Source: Setoptus koraiensis | Lineage: Eukaryota > Animalia > Arthropoda | Assembly (NCBI GenBank): GCA_048013815.1 | Contig: CM106586.1 | Location: 5,394,001 to 5,458,000 of the forward strand | DNA: 64,000 nt | Direction: 5' to 3' | Shown: piece by piece, positions 12,180 through 23,805 of the stretch | How positions within the stretch are numbered: the first letter of the stretch is position 1 | How the letters are laid out: each line of letters opens with the position of its first letter | Notes under the pieces: model-generated | What the model was told of the DNA's origin: nothing | Databases searched by the model: none | What the model saw: only the letters and a program-made list of their open reading frames with translations | Position numbers and translations under genes: made by a program

Positions 12180-13127
12180 ATGGATTCCATTGGCGATCAA
12201 ATAAAGGAGTTGAGGCTCTTCATAGAGGAGACCAGCAAAAGATATGATGCAGGTCCCAAGTTGCCACCAGATTCGTGGATTGTACCCATGCGAGATAAGC
12301 TACTCACTATGTTCAAGAGTCCGCTAAAAGACGAATATCGCTTTGAATTATTCAGAGCAACTTCATCCATGTGTTTATGTTTTCCAGGATTCACTTGGAT
12401 TTCTGAGAAAGGTCATTGGAAAAAAGAAGAGTTGGACATGTTTTGTCTTGTAGCAAGATTGGCTCTTAATGAAATTCAAATAATAGTCCCATTAGTGGAG
12501 CGTCACATTCTAGTTGGAGATGACGTCGCCATAGAAAATGAAAAGATAGTCGAGCGATCAGCAAACCCGTTGGAATACGACATGCTAGCCTATTGTTTTG
12601 TTATTTTAGAGAATGTCATCCAGACTTTAGTCAGTGAACATCACCCCCATGGTTCAAACTTGCAAGACAAGATAGATATAGAGCAATTATCTACATTATT
12701 AGTTCACCTTAAGGAAACAATGGTTAAGTTGGTGGATTATCTCCATGTGGTCTACAAAAACTGGAACAGATTGGCGGAGGCGGATGCTGAAAAAAAACAA
12801 TACTCTTGTGCTCAAGGAACAATTCGCATCGTTGCAGTTTGGTGTTCAGAGGAGCCAATCGCCTTTGTCATAGAATCTCAGCAGTATATGATTGATTTAT
12901 TTGTTTTGTGTTTGAAAGACAGTCTTTCAAAAACTCAAAATGTGTCATGTTTATCGCATTTAATTGTGTTAGCATTGCATGCATTGTGCATGGACAATGA
13001 TGATCTCTTGCACTGTATTAGAGGACCTAATATGGACACTCTAGAAGAATACCATAGAAAGTGTCGCAAATATGCTCAAGAGAGGTCGAACATAGTTGAA
13101 GATTTAATAAGGAAATTAAATCGATGA
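12180..13127 (+). CDS. NCDN: Neurochondrin-like protein, short (315 aa), single exon
   Basis: Motifs resembling the neurochondrin C-terminal half: CLVARLALNEIQI, CFVILENVIQTL, LKETMVKLVDYL, IRIVAVWCSEEP (cf. RVLGAWLAEET). Recognised from memory of the family, not from a search. Confidence 0.65.
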   Translation: MDSIGDQIKELRLFIEETSKRYDAGPKLPPDSWIVPMRDKLLTMFKSPLKDEYRFELFRATSSMCLCFPGFTWISEKGHWKKEELDMFCLVARLALNEIQIIVPLVERHILVGDDVAIENEKIVERSANPLEYDMLAYCFVILENVIQTLVSEHHPHGSNLQDKIDIEQLSTLLVHLKETMVKLVDYLHVVYKNWNRLAEADAEKKQYSCAQGTIRIVAVWCSEEPIAFVIESQQYMIDLFVLCLKDSLSKTQNVSCLSHLIVLALHALCMDNDDLLHCIRGPNMDTLEEYHRKCRKYAQERSNIVEDLIRKLNR

Positions 13128-13926
13128 TGGATTATGAGGTGTTCCTTTCGGATTCTTACATCCAGCGCATTTACAGTTTGTACAGCTTCGACCTGAGATA
13201 GAAAAATTCAATAATAGATTATGTTAATACTCTACAAAGGAGATTGCTCTTGTAAGTGAAGAAAGAAAAATATTTACCTGATCCGTAGCAAGCGCATCGT
13301 TGGCCATTGCAAGTAAGACCGTTACTTGACTTGCCGTTCCGTTTTTGGGCTCCCGTACCACATCTACATTGGTGCTCCTTTTCCTTCACCGGTGCTTTCT
13401 TTTTGAAAGCTTCAGTGAGATGTTGCGAGAGTGCACTTTCGCAAACCGGTGAATTGTCAATGCTTGCCACACTACCCGATGTGCTGCCTTCTAGTACTAA
13501 CTGACTGAAAGTGATAGTCTCTCCTTGTGGTGTGTGTGTTGTCAGAGATCCCCAATATTCTAAAGCTTTTGACGAAACTAAAAATTTGCACAATTTCTCG
13601 AAACAGATTATCAGATGTTCCACTTGACCATTGTGTTTAAAAGATTCCTTATTGGTAGCTGCCTCCTTACACACTGTGCAATGAGATCGCATTGTTGGCA
13701 TGCCCAGGCAATCATGACAAACATGATGACTGCATCTATTGTTAGCTGGACAGTGAGGTCTTGAAGCTATGTTAGCGCAAACAGCGCAAGTAACAGCCTC
13801 TCTTAGGTGATAAAGCATCTGGGTGATGTCCGACCAAGCGGATTGATCGGTCATACTAGCTGTAAATACCCTTCTAGTTAGGGTTACATATTTGAATATA
13901 GCTGTAGTCGAGGAGGAGTGTTTCAT
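13116..13926 (-). CDS. MSL2: MSL2 E3 ubiquitin ligase (RING + CXC), 241 aa. Exons 13926-13278 and 13192-13116
   Basis: RING CAVC...CSHHVCHDC...CTVC. The CXC domain CRCG...LTCNGQRCACY|GSGRSCTNCKCAGCKNP is completed across a phase-1 GT-AG intron 13193-13277. Start placed at ATG 13926 by analogy to the MSL2 N-terminus. Confidence 0.88.
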
Positions 13927-14672
13927 GATGGTCGATTTTGATTTATTGAGTGATTTAATGTTAAATGTAATAATTATAATTATCAATAACGATGATGAGG
14001 CAAATGATATGTGTCCTGGTCCTGGTGATGGTGATGTCTGGTGCAGTCGATTGATCGAGCTATGAATTGTAACGTGTTTTGGCGTGACTCTATTTGGATT
14101 TCGCGCTGTAAGTCAGAACTTGCTTGCTTGTAAGACAATTCTATGCTACAGACTGTAGCCTACAGTAGGTTACGGTAGTTTCATCTAAAAATGATCACCT
14201 TGAATATCATACGCACTAAACCCCACGGTCTTAGCCGAACAATAAATAAGTTAAATATCTGACCGCAACGCGGAGCTGACACTCAAACGTATCTGATCAA
14301 GTTGATCGAAGGTTACGGTGCATCATATCACTCTCTAAGCAACAATCACACTGTTGTTGGTCATGTGCGGCCAAATTATTGCAGTCATGAAGACCTCTAG
14401 CGGTGATTTGTTGAAACTATAATCAGCTCATCATCGACGCAGACTGATATCTCTTACATGTACTGCTCGCTCGAAATATAATACGCTCCATTCAATGACA
14501 ATATAAAAGCTCCTATCATTCGAGGAAATCATTCACAAACTATAACTCTCGGACGAAATCGATTCTCTCATCATTTTAATCAATTATCAAAAACATAACG
14601 TAACTTAAATATCAAATTAACTACCTTTAGCGGACTATTAATCGGATCGAGCTATTAACTATATCGGATAAG

Positions 14673-15182
14673 ATGCGTATATGGCAGTCAGAGCACAAAT
14701 TCAATCACAACTGGGAGACAGTTGTGGCTGCAAGCCTGAAAAAATACCCCAACCCAATCACAACTGCAGTGGTAGGAATAGATGTGCTCGATAGGAAGAT
14801 TTCTAATGGTGTACTTAAGTCCAATAGACTAATCCAATCAGAATGGAGTTTGCCCGGCTGGGGTAAACGTCTGGTCGGTAGCCCAATGTGTCATGCATTG
14901 GAATCAAGTGAAGTAGATCCCATAAGACGAACAATGAAAATGACCACTAGGAATTTAACATTATGCAACAAATTAACCTTTGAAGAGAAATTAACCTATG
15001 TCCCTCACCCCGAGGACCCAAATACTACCTTATTGAAACAAGAGGCCATAATTAGTGTGTTCGGTGTGCCCCTTAGCTCATATGTAGAAGATTTTCTTAC
15101 GAATAATGTTAGTAACAATGCTAATAAGGGACGACAAGCAATAGAATGGGTGATATTGCAACAACAACAGACGTCTTGTTGA
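14673..15182 (+). CDS. PRELID3B: PRELI domain protein (slowmo/PRELID3), mitochondrial lipid transfer, 169 aa, single exon
   Basis: MRIWQSEHKFNHNWETVVAASLKKYPNP, VVGIDVLDR, NANKGRQAIEWVI are PRELI/Ups2 hallmarks. Confidence 0.92.
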   Translation: MRIWQSEHKFNHNWETVVAASLKKYPNPITTAVVGIDVLDRKISNGVLKSNRLIQSEWSLPGWGKRLVGSPMCHALESSEVDPIRRTMKMTTRNLTLCNKLTFEEKLTYVPHPEDPNTTLLKQEAIISVFGVPLSSYVEDFLTNNVSNNANKGRQAIEWVILQQQQTSC

Positions 15183-15205
15183 AGTAAAGAATGCCATGTC
15201 TTATA

Positions 15206-16201
15206 TTATAATTGTATTGAATCATCAAATATATAACTAAACTGTTGCCAGAATTTATCACTTCTAACAGCGTCTACACTCATAACTCTGAGATATTCCT
15301 TCAGATGAGAATCCTCTTCAAGTTCGTCTGATTTCATTGTATTCACTATGAAGGTACCCTTTTTAAATTGCTCCAGCTCTTTGTTATAGTTTATACCGTA
15401 CTGTAAGAACATTATATCATGCTTGTCGCTGCTTAGTGTGCCAGAGAGTTTTTTAGTAGCCTCAGTCGACTTCATGAATTTTCCGCTTCCTTCATCCTTA
15501 ACCCACGCACTGATCGGAGTCTTAATCAATTCATATTTAGCACTTGTGACATCAGACCAATGATCATATAATCTAACGCTAGGATATGGAACTTTCGGTG
15601 TTGAAGGAACGGCTTCAAGTTCATGTTTCATGTATCTACCAGTCATGGCGTTCAATGTGGTATTATAGAGATTATTTATATGACAATCGACCTGTCTCCA
15701 TCTGAAGTAATCCATAACAAGATTTCTATTGCTGTACACCACAGGTCGTGCGTCAAAAGTTGGAGGGTACATTAAATCTTCTTTTTCGTCTAGTTTTCTT
15801 TGAGTTTCCTTGAGATCATCTGTATCGATCAGTTGTTCGCCCCGGAAATAATCATTCCATTTATACACATAATATGACGTGAATGTTGAAGCAATGAGCG
15901 AGGTTAGTTTACAATATCTCCTTTGCATCAGGTTTGACTTGGATTTCAACAAAAAACTGAACTCGTCACTGTGGCCATATGATAAAGGTATGTGTTTTCT
16001 ATAGGTGGTCATGACGTGTTTCGCTGCGGACACCATCAAATCCAGTGCTCTCTTGTCGTTTGGTTTTGAAAAATGATGATCCTCAGTGAATTGATGGAAA
16101 TTTTGGCCATCTAACCTCATTATAACATAGGTATCTCGTGGAAGTTTTGTATCGGTGGCATCTTCATAGTCCCTTATGTATTCGTATTTGGAGTTTGCCA
16201 T
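15206..16201 (-). CDS. THG1L: tRNA(His) guanylyltransferase (3'-5' polymerase), 331 aa, single exon
   Basis: MANSKYEYIRDYE, RLDGQNFHQF, YGHSDEFSF, PTFDARPV, DYFRWRQVDCHINNLYNT, FLQYGINYN. Confidence 0.95.
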   Translation of the reverse strand: MANSKYEYIRDYEDATDTKLPRDTYVIMRLDGQNFHQFTEDHHFSKPNDKRALDLMVSAAKHVMTTYRKHIPLSYGHSDEFSFLLKSKSNLMQRRYCKLTSLIASTFTSYYVYKWNDYFRGEQLIDTDDLKETQRKLDEKEDLMYPPTFDARPVVYSNRNLVMDYFRWRQVDCHINNLYNTTLNAMTGRYMKHELEAVPSTPKVPYPSVRLYDHWSDVTSAKYELIKTPISAWVKDEGSGKFMKSTEATKKLSGTLSSDKHDIMFLQYGINYNKELEQFKKGTFIVNTMKSDELEEDSHLKEYLRVMSVDAVRSDKFWQQFSYIFDDSIQL

Positions 16202-16650
16202 ATTGGGCAGACAACAAAACTTTCTGCTTTTCTTTGTACAGTGATATTAATTCCTAAATGCTACTCTTGTAATTGAATAGAACATGTCACCTATTGGCTA
16301 CCAAAAATCAAGTTTTCATCGAGATCATGCTGCATTCTTCTCCACAATCATATGCATAAATATAAAACTAGCTGCTGAAGCGCACACGTTAATTCCATGC
16401 AGTAAATAAAGCGCAAAGTAAAGAACACAAACACATAGATCAGCTGCGGATACTTTTCGAATAAACATGAACCGAGTCTCTCTCGTATTACAAACCTTTC
16501 TCACTTTGCACTCAAGTTACTCAATTGTATCGTGCCTAAACAGAATTCATAAGGTTATGATTGTTATATTAGTTATTTGAAAGATTTCGATATTGAAATC
16601 ATCCATTTCAACATCGTCAACAATCATCTAGTTGGACAAACATAGTCAAA

Positions 16651-18102
16651 ATGACAATAACCATTGCCAGGCGGCTCATTTTACACAGGACTCATCTGAT
16701 AAGTCTAGAGAACTATCAATCCAGAGCGCCATGCTCAACATCGAAAAGGCCCGAGCTAAGCTCCAGGTCACGGGAAAGAAAGGTACCCTCGTCAGTGGCG
16801 GGCAGACTAACTTCGTATGGTGGCCTTGTTGCTGGTCTATCAGTCGGAACTATAGTAGAGCTCACGAAGCGTAACCTTGGACTGACCGACCCCAAACTAT
16901 TGAATTTAAACCCAGTTCTAAATGAAGCTAATGCCAATAGAATTGTCGAAACTCTGTGCAAAGTGAGAGGAGCTGTCCTTAAACTGGGACAAATGCTATC
17001 AATACAAGATTCTAGTTTTATTCACCCCCAGCTGGCGACTATTTTCGAACGAGTTCGACAGTCAGCAGATTTCATGCCAATGTCTCAGGTACAGGATGTC
17101 ATGTCTAAAGAACTTGGTGAAGATTGGCGCCAGAAGTATTTAGAATTCTCAGATAAGCCATTCGCTGCAGCCTCCATAGGCCAGGTTCATGAGGCTAAAC
17201 TATTGGACAATCGTCCAGTAGCTGTAAAAATACAATACCCAGGTGTTGACTCAAGCATAGATAGTGATATTAAAGCATTGACCTCTCTCCTTAATATATG
17301 GAATTTCCTACCGAAAGGACTTTATATTGACAATCTCATTAAATCCGCCAGAAATGATCTGACCATGGAAGTCAATTATTTGCACGAAGCTAGCGCAGCC
17401 AAGAAATTTAAAGAGTTACTAAAGAATGACAACGAATACCTAATACCGGAAGTTGTAGATTCTCTCACAACAAGACGCGTATTAACAAACCAACTAATGA
17501 ATGGTGTTCCTGTTGACAGTTTGGACAAGATACCAAATATTTCACAATCCATAAAGAACAATGTGGCTCGCCTACTCTTGAAGCTAACCCTCAGAGAGGT
17601 ATTTGAGTTTCAATTCATGCAGACCGATCCGAACTGGTCTAATTTCTTTTACGACCCTGATGCAAACAAGGTGGTACTTCTCGATTTCGGCGCGGCGCGT
17701 AAATATAGTAAAAAGGATTTCGTCGATAACTATGTCAGAATAATAAGAGCAGCCGCCGATAGGGATTCCGAACTAGTCTATAAGTATTCTAAAGACCTAG
17801 GTTTTTTGACCGGCTATGAGACGAAGCCAATGAAACAGGCTCATGTTGATTCTGTGATGATATTGGGAGAGGCGTTTGCCAGCGATGATGATTTTGATTT
17901 TGGTCAACAAGATATGACTCACAGAATACAACGAATGATACCAACAATGATAGAACAGAGACTATCGCCGCCACCGGAGGAGACTTATTCGCTGCATAGG
18001 AAGATGTCAGGTATATTTCTTTTGTGCGCAAAATTAAATGCAAAGTTCAATTGTAAACACATGTTTGAGGAAGTTTACGCAAAATACAATTTCGACTCAT
18101 AA
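16651..18102 (+). CDS. COQ8: Atypical kinase COQ8 (ADCK3/4), 483 aa, single exon
   Basis: KxGQ motif ([15 protein letters not shown]), A-rich loop [37 protein letters not shown]. Confidence 0.95.
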   Translation: MTITIARRLILHRTHLISLENYQSRAPCSTSKRPELSSRSRERKVPSSVAGRLTSYGGLVAGLSVGTIVELTKRNLGLTDPKLLNLNPVLNEANANRIVETLCKVRGAVLKLGQMLSIQDSSFIHPQLATIFERVRQSADFMPMSQVQDVMSKELGEDWRQKYLEFSDKPFAAASIGQVHEAKLLDNRPVAVKIQYPGVDSSIDSDIKALTSLLNIWNFLPKGLYIDNLIKSARNDLTMEVNYLHEASAAKKFKELLKNDNEYLIPEVVDSLTTRRVLTNQLMNGVPVDSLDKIPNISQSIKNNVARLLLKLTLREVFEFQFMQTDPNWSNFFYDPDANKVVLLDFGAARKYSKKDFVDNYVRIIRAAADRDSELVYKYSKDLGFLTGYETKPMKQAHVDSVMILGEAFASDDDFDFGQQDMTHRIQRMIPTMIEQRLSPPPEETYSLHRKMSGIFLLCAKLNAKFNCKHMFEEVYAKYNFDS

Positions 18103-18131
18103 TGAGACATAATGTAATGTAATGTGCTCTA

Positions 18132-18150
18132 TGTGTGTGTGTGTGTGTGT
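18132..18150. repeat. (TG)n microsatellite between the COQ8 and profilin stop codons
   Basis: Direct reading: tgtgtgtgtgtgtgtgtgt. Confidence 0.9.
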
Positions 18151-18238
18151 TTTTGTGATTGATTGATTGATAGTTTTGTTTGTTTGTATGTGTTTGTGTG
18201 TGTATGGGTTATTAATAATTATTTAATTAATTGCTTGA

Positions 18239-18631
18239 TCAAAAACTGTTTGCTCGTAAGTAGTCACCTAGTCTTTCAACTACTGAATTGAGTACTCCGG
18301 GCGGAAATCCATCGGTGGTAGTGGCCACTAGCAGGCAGCTAGCTGTTGCTACAATGCACAAGGCAGAACTACCTTTCCTACCTCTGAGTAGTGTTGATTC
18401 AGCCGATAAGCAAATATATTTTTCTCCTCCCAAATGAATACCATGCTCCAGAAATGATTGTGGGTTGGTCCTCATGGTGTCAGCTATCACTTTAAGTTCC
18501 TGTTGAGTAACTGGGTTTGTGGCAGCCTCCTGTTTGGCCCATATAGCACCGTCGGCTAGGCTGGCAATGACGGCCAATTTACAGGAAACAAGGGCACAAA
18601 TTTGATTGTCTACATAGGCTTGCCAAGACAT
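18239..18631 (-). CDS. Profilin, 130 aa, single exon
   Basis: MSWQAYVD N-terminus, [34 protein letters not shown]-terminal helix. Confidence 0.92.
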   Translation of the reverse strand: MSWQAYVDNQICALVSCKLAVIASLADGAIWAKQEAATNPVTQQELKVIADTMRTNPQSFLEHGIHLGGEKYICLSAESTLLRGRKGSSALCIVATASCLLVATTTDGFPPGVLNSVVERLGDYLRANSF

Positions 18632-18696
18632 TTTAAATCGGTTGTTTCTTTATAATGGTACAATAATAATAAATGTATAATGACAAATGTGTTTGC

Positions 18697-19098
18697 GTGT
18701 GTGTGTGAGTGTGTGTGTGTGTGTGAGACGATTGTAATGCTAATAGGTAATAATAATATTAATAGCGTTGCCGATGGTTGCTGTTGATGCTCTTCACAGG
18801 CTATACAAGAGATAGTGGTAAATAGATAGTGGTGATATAATAATGTATTGTTAATGAGACGGTGACTAAATATATTCTGATACGATCATCAGATGTATCG
18901 AACAACATGCAGTGAATTCTCTCTCTCTCTCTCGCTCGCTCTACCAACGCTAGTGCTGCCAAAGAGTCTCTAGCATGAAATCACACACACACACACGCAC
19001 GCACAGACAGACGGACACAAGAACGAATGATGCAGAGTGTGCCTACACCTTCTTCCAAAGATGACTTGTGAGTGTGTGCCGTGAGTCTACTCGGCCCG

Positions 19099-19136
<38 letters not shown>
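18697..19136. repeat. Microsatellite cluster upstream of profilin: (GT)n ~18697-18726, (CT)n ~18919-18940, (CA)n ~18982-18996, (CA)18 19101-19136
   Basis: Direct reading of dinucleotide runs. Confidence 0.9.
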
Positions 19137-19137
<1 letters not shown>

Positions 19138-20101
19138 TCACGGTGTGCTAGTGCGCCCATAATCTCCATTGCGCCGCTTATCCATGTTGAGTGCGTGTGT
19201 CTGTATGTGCGTCTGTGTTGTTTCAGCAGGCTCTCTCACTATGCGCTATTGGTACATGCTGTATAGGCCATACTGTAGTGCAGTGCCATGCTATAGAATC
19301 CAGAGTGGCAACAGCAACAGCGGCAACGGCGGCCGCGGCGGCATCGGCAGTTCGCTCTGGTTAGTTCGCTTTTGTTCGCATGATTCAACCGTGATTCTAC
19401 CGCCGCCGCTCTCTTCCCCCGGCCGCCGTCGCCGCCGCCGTCGTCGTCATTCTCTCACAGCCGCAAACATGCTATCACTGTGTGTGTGTGAGATGATACT
19501 ATTACACACACTAAAATATATAGCAGTGGCAGTGGCAAAAATCGAACTATTTCATACCGCTGTATAGTTGCCGCTTGTTGCCGGCACGCTGTGCTGATAC
19601 GTAAAAGCACAGAACGTACGCGTAATTCATTTGTGATCATTTGCGATGAGCGAATGAGCTGTATGCCGCATGCAAGCGCTTCCATTTATTTCCATTGACA
19701 TTGTTTTATGTGCGTGCGCCTCAAACCAGCAAACAAGCAAACAAGCTTCTGTGCGCCTAGCTCATCATCACTCTAGACTATTCAGCCTAGAGACTTGCTC
19801 GCTTCCCCCTCTACCCCTATAGACCTCTGACAATAACGTTCTTCACTAGCTTGTTGCGCTGCGCGTTGCGAGCCGGCCTAGACATCAAGGCGACCTACCT
19901 AGCTCTGTCTCACTTGATTGGCTACAGCGATGCACACAGTTGCTATTTCGCACTTTTTTTGAATTTTCGCCGCTGCGCAGGCGCCTTACTGTTTTTTACG
20001 ACTCGATCGGCTTGTCAGGGGTTAGGTGGACTTGTGATCTCGACACAATAAAGGGAGCATCTCTAGGCGAGTGGTCGGCCCTTGATTTTGCTGCTGTTGC
20101 C

Positions 20102-20191
20102 GTTGTTGTCGTTGTTGTCGTTGTTGTCGCTGTTGTCGCTGTTGTCGCTGTTGTCGCTGTTGTCGTTGTTGTCGTTGTTGTCGTTGTTGTT
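20102..20191. repeat. 9-bp minisatellite GYTGTTGTC, 10 units, embedded in GTT/GCT trinucleotide-like sequence
   Basis: Units read as 3x GTTGTTGTC, 4x GCTGTTGTC, 2x GTTGTTGTC, 1x GTTGTTGTT. Confidence 0.92.
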
Positions 20192-23100
20192 GCTGCTTTC
20201 ACTGTTGCCGCTGTTGTTGTTGTTGTGTGACTGTGCTACGAGATGGCCCAAGTCGCAAGTGTGAGAAGAGTCGGCACCATTATTATTTATTGCGCATGTT
20301 CACTCTACTGTCATTTGTCTTAAATTGTCTATATCCTATCTTGCCAAACTATACTGATGATATAATGATGTGCTCATACTCATGCCAGTGCACTCATGAC
20401 AGTATAGTGATTCAATTGATGAGGCATACCCATGCAGCACCACCACTGTGAGCCTCCTCCCACTCCCATGCTAAACACTTCACTCTCTGACTACTCTATT
20501 TCACTGTCTGTCTCTTTCTCGTTGTGTCTGTTTGTCTGCAAGAAACCAAATAGGGTCCTATCATCACAAAAGAGAGCTAGCTCATGTGTCAAACTAATAG
20601 TATTGTAGGCAATAATCAGAGTTAAATAGAGAAAGGGAGAGAGTTGCCTGTTGTTGTGATAGACTTGCAAGTTGCAACAATAATGTTGCTTTTGTGATTA
20701 TCAGAAGAGTTTATACAAGAATAGGCGAGCGATCATATAACGAACACAAATGACACTCTCGTTGAGTTATGTCATGTCGTTAAGTCGTTGTCCTTCGCTG
20801 CGGTGCTTCTATGCGTTTTACGATGAGCTCGACTTTATGAGCATAGCATAGCATAGCATATATATATTATCATAACGGTACCACTCTTACATAACTATAA
20901 CTCAACATCGTCTTCGTCATCAAGACTTTCCAGTTGAACTTTCCACGACATAACGCACAAAACGCTAGTTTATGGTAGAGTTATCATACTTACAGTATTA
21001 GTTAGCATAGTTTGCAAAGTATCATAGGCGTCGGCTAGTCGCTAGTAACGCGCCCCAATGAGCTCGTGCACAGTATTCACTAGTTATGTAACAATTTCCA
21101 TACATATAATAAATGGATAATTGCGCAGCGCGCGCACTGCTCAGCATGAGCGGCACATCGAGCTTCGATGGGGTGTATCTGACGGACTCCATCGCCGATA
21201 TCTCATTAAATATATTACATATAATTACAAAATTACAAAGTGAAAAACGAGTTCTTGTGAGTGTGTTAAAAAGTTAATGAACATGAGATGAGAAGAAACA
21301 CTTTGTAGCACAGTGTAATTCTTTGCGCGCGCCCCAATGCATGAATTCATCAGATTGCCTAACTATTGCAACAATCGCTAATTGTTTTTCGTTACAAGCG
21401 CCATCTAGTTGTCAAGACGCTAGATCGATAGTGGACAAAGTCATCGATGTGGCATAGTGTACGCTGGTTAGACGGCCTAAGTTAGTCCACAATTGATTTG
21501 GCAGCTAAATCTATCGCATAGATTCTTTGTGCTGACAACAAGTGTATAAAAAGTCGCACTTGTCGCTTTAAACTCTGAATTCGTATCGCGTAATTGACAA
21601 TGGTTGTGTGACGACTTGATGTATTTCCACTCACAAGTTCTAAATTATTACTTGTTAGAATCACCTAATAGTGTGTGGCGCTGATGCGTCATTTCGAGTA
21701 GACATGTTATATTGGCAGCGGGATATTTGCAACAGGTGACAGTTGCGGCTCTTGTCGCTGCCGGTGATTGTTGTAGATTTCCTTTGTCGTATGATCGCGG
21801 AAGATGATGCAAGTTTTATGGGAACCAAAACTAATGTTTCGTTGTTGGTGCGTTACCTGCACAACTTCAATTTGTGTGTCGTACATAATGCGAAAACATG
21901 CTAGGACGATTCATTGTCGCAGTATCCTCAGATTACTTAACATTATCTACTACTTTGCAGTATTGATTTCGTGCATTATCAAATGCATCGTGAGCGCCTC
22001 CGAATGACTGGACTATTTGACTGCTATTAACAGTCTCGTCGAATCAGATCCTCTGTTGGGTCAGTGGCCGTTGGCGGTAGATTATCGCACTGATTATCAT
22101 AGTAGAACTGAATGCTTTGAGCTAGGATCGATGGTGTATAAACGCGCCAAATCTATCGAAGAAGAAAATGTCGACACAAGTGAAATATCCATACTTATAC
22201 CGTCAAAGAATGAATAGGCTTATTGAAGTAGTCAGCTCAGGAAGAAATGAGCCTCTTTGAGCCCATATTGTGAATAGCCTTTAGCAATCGTACGTTGATT
22301 TTGTCTCATCATTCCAACTTTTTTTTGTACTAGTGCAAGTGTTCAACCTCACTAGTTGTGTTAATCTTATAAGCTACCAAAACTAACAAGATTAATACGG
22401 TTAACCTCAGATCAACATCTAGTCTCGTTTCCACGTTTGTGACATTCGTCCCACCTGATTGCCTCTGATTTATGAAATATTCACATAAAAAGCAAGCGCA
22501 TTCATTTTTCATCATGATTCAGCAGGCGACACCAATGGGTGCATCAGATTGGATATGGTCCAATCATCTCCACGATTGTTGAATCAGAACAAAACAAGCA
22601 AAACTACTCAAAATGAATAATTGAAATTGTTTGTTCCAACATGAAATTCATTCAAAGCAATAAATATGATCCAAGTTAGAGTTTAAATCTTAAGAAACTC
22701 GAGCGATAATAAATTGTAATTAATCATTTAGATCATTTGCGCTCAAGAAGAGAATTGGTCTTGCTGATCAAATTTTTCATCGGTAGCATAACGGGTAATT
22801 TCTGATTTCAAGTTCTTAGAGAAACCGCTCCCTGATCGTAGATGCCATCGAAGTTCGCCTGAGCGAAGCCTAGATATACTAGCGATTTTCTCTCACCTCC
22901 CAATAAGTAAACACGTTCACTCAATACAACGACTTTCAAATGGCCGTCATGAAAGCACATCTCAACTTCAAAAACTTCAAAAAATTTATTGTTGAGTCAC
23001 AGCTTGCATAGTAGCGATAAGAAAAAGCATGCTAGAAGATGATTCTATCTGTGTCTAAAGTTCGTCGATGATGACATGATCTTCGCAGACCTTCGCCAAC

Positions 23101-23805
23101 CCAGGAAACCGAAAAGGTTTCTAAGCAGGTACAGCAATATGAACATTGATCCGTGCTTTTGATATGTTTAGGTTCAACCAATCAATACTGCTTCATTCGC
23201 GCGCATAATGATCGCGGTTACATAGATTCGTTGCCAAGCTTGGTGCTTATTTGCTAATCGTGGTGGCGCTACGGTCGTATTTGTCCGTTACAGTGACTAT
23301 GATTCAACGATTCATCACATCATGTGATCTATGGTTGTTCATGAGCATGTTTATTTAACTTGTTTGACCTCACATACAATGTACTAATAAGTAAAAAATC
23401 AATACAGACTTTTTGCAAGTTCCACTAATTAGTTATGCTGTGCCGAGCTAGTGCACAGACAGGAAAATACTCGCTCAACAATGCAGAGTAAACCCGGATG
23501 ATTTGTCCATATCGCACAAAGGAACCAAAACAGTGCGATCTACATGATATAAACTGTGGAGAGAAAGCATATCAAAAACGTTTGTTGACACAATCTCAAT
23601 GGTCCATTTGACGACCAATTATTTATTGTTTGTTCCATTGTTTGAGAGACATATCTGTGTCAATAGATCAAGATACATACATTCATATATGCAAACCAAA
23701 GAATGAACTAAATTGGTGATAATTTGGAGCATTCCATCACATTGCGCATTTCCACTAATATAGTATCATAAATTAAAACTAGTTGATGCAGACTGATAGA
23801 TAGCG

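Noticed and set aside
18981-20264. Many short ORFs upstream of profilin (poly-CV, poly-HT, poly-V, poly-T)
   Set aside because: They are by-products of dinucleotide and 9-mer repeats, which lack stops; no family motifs.
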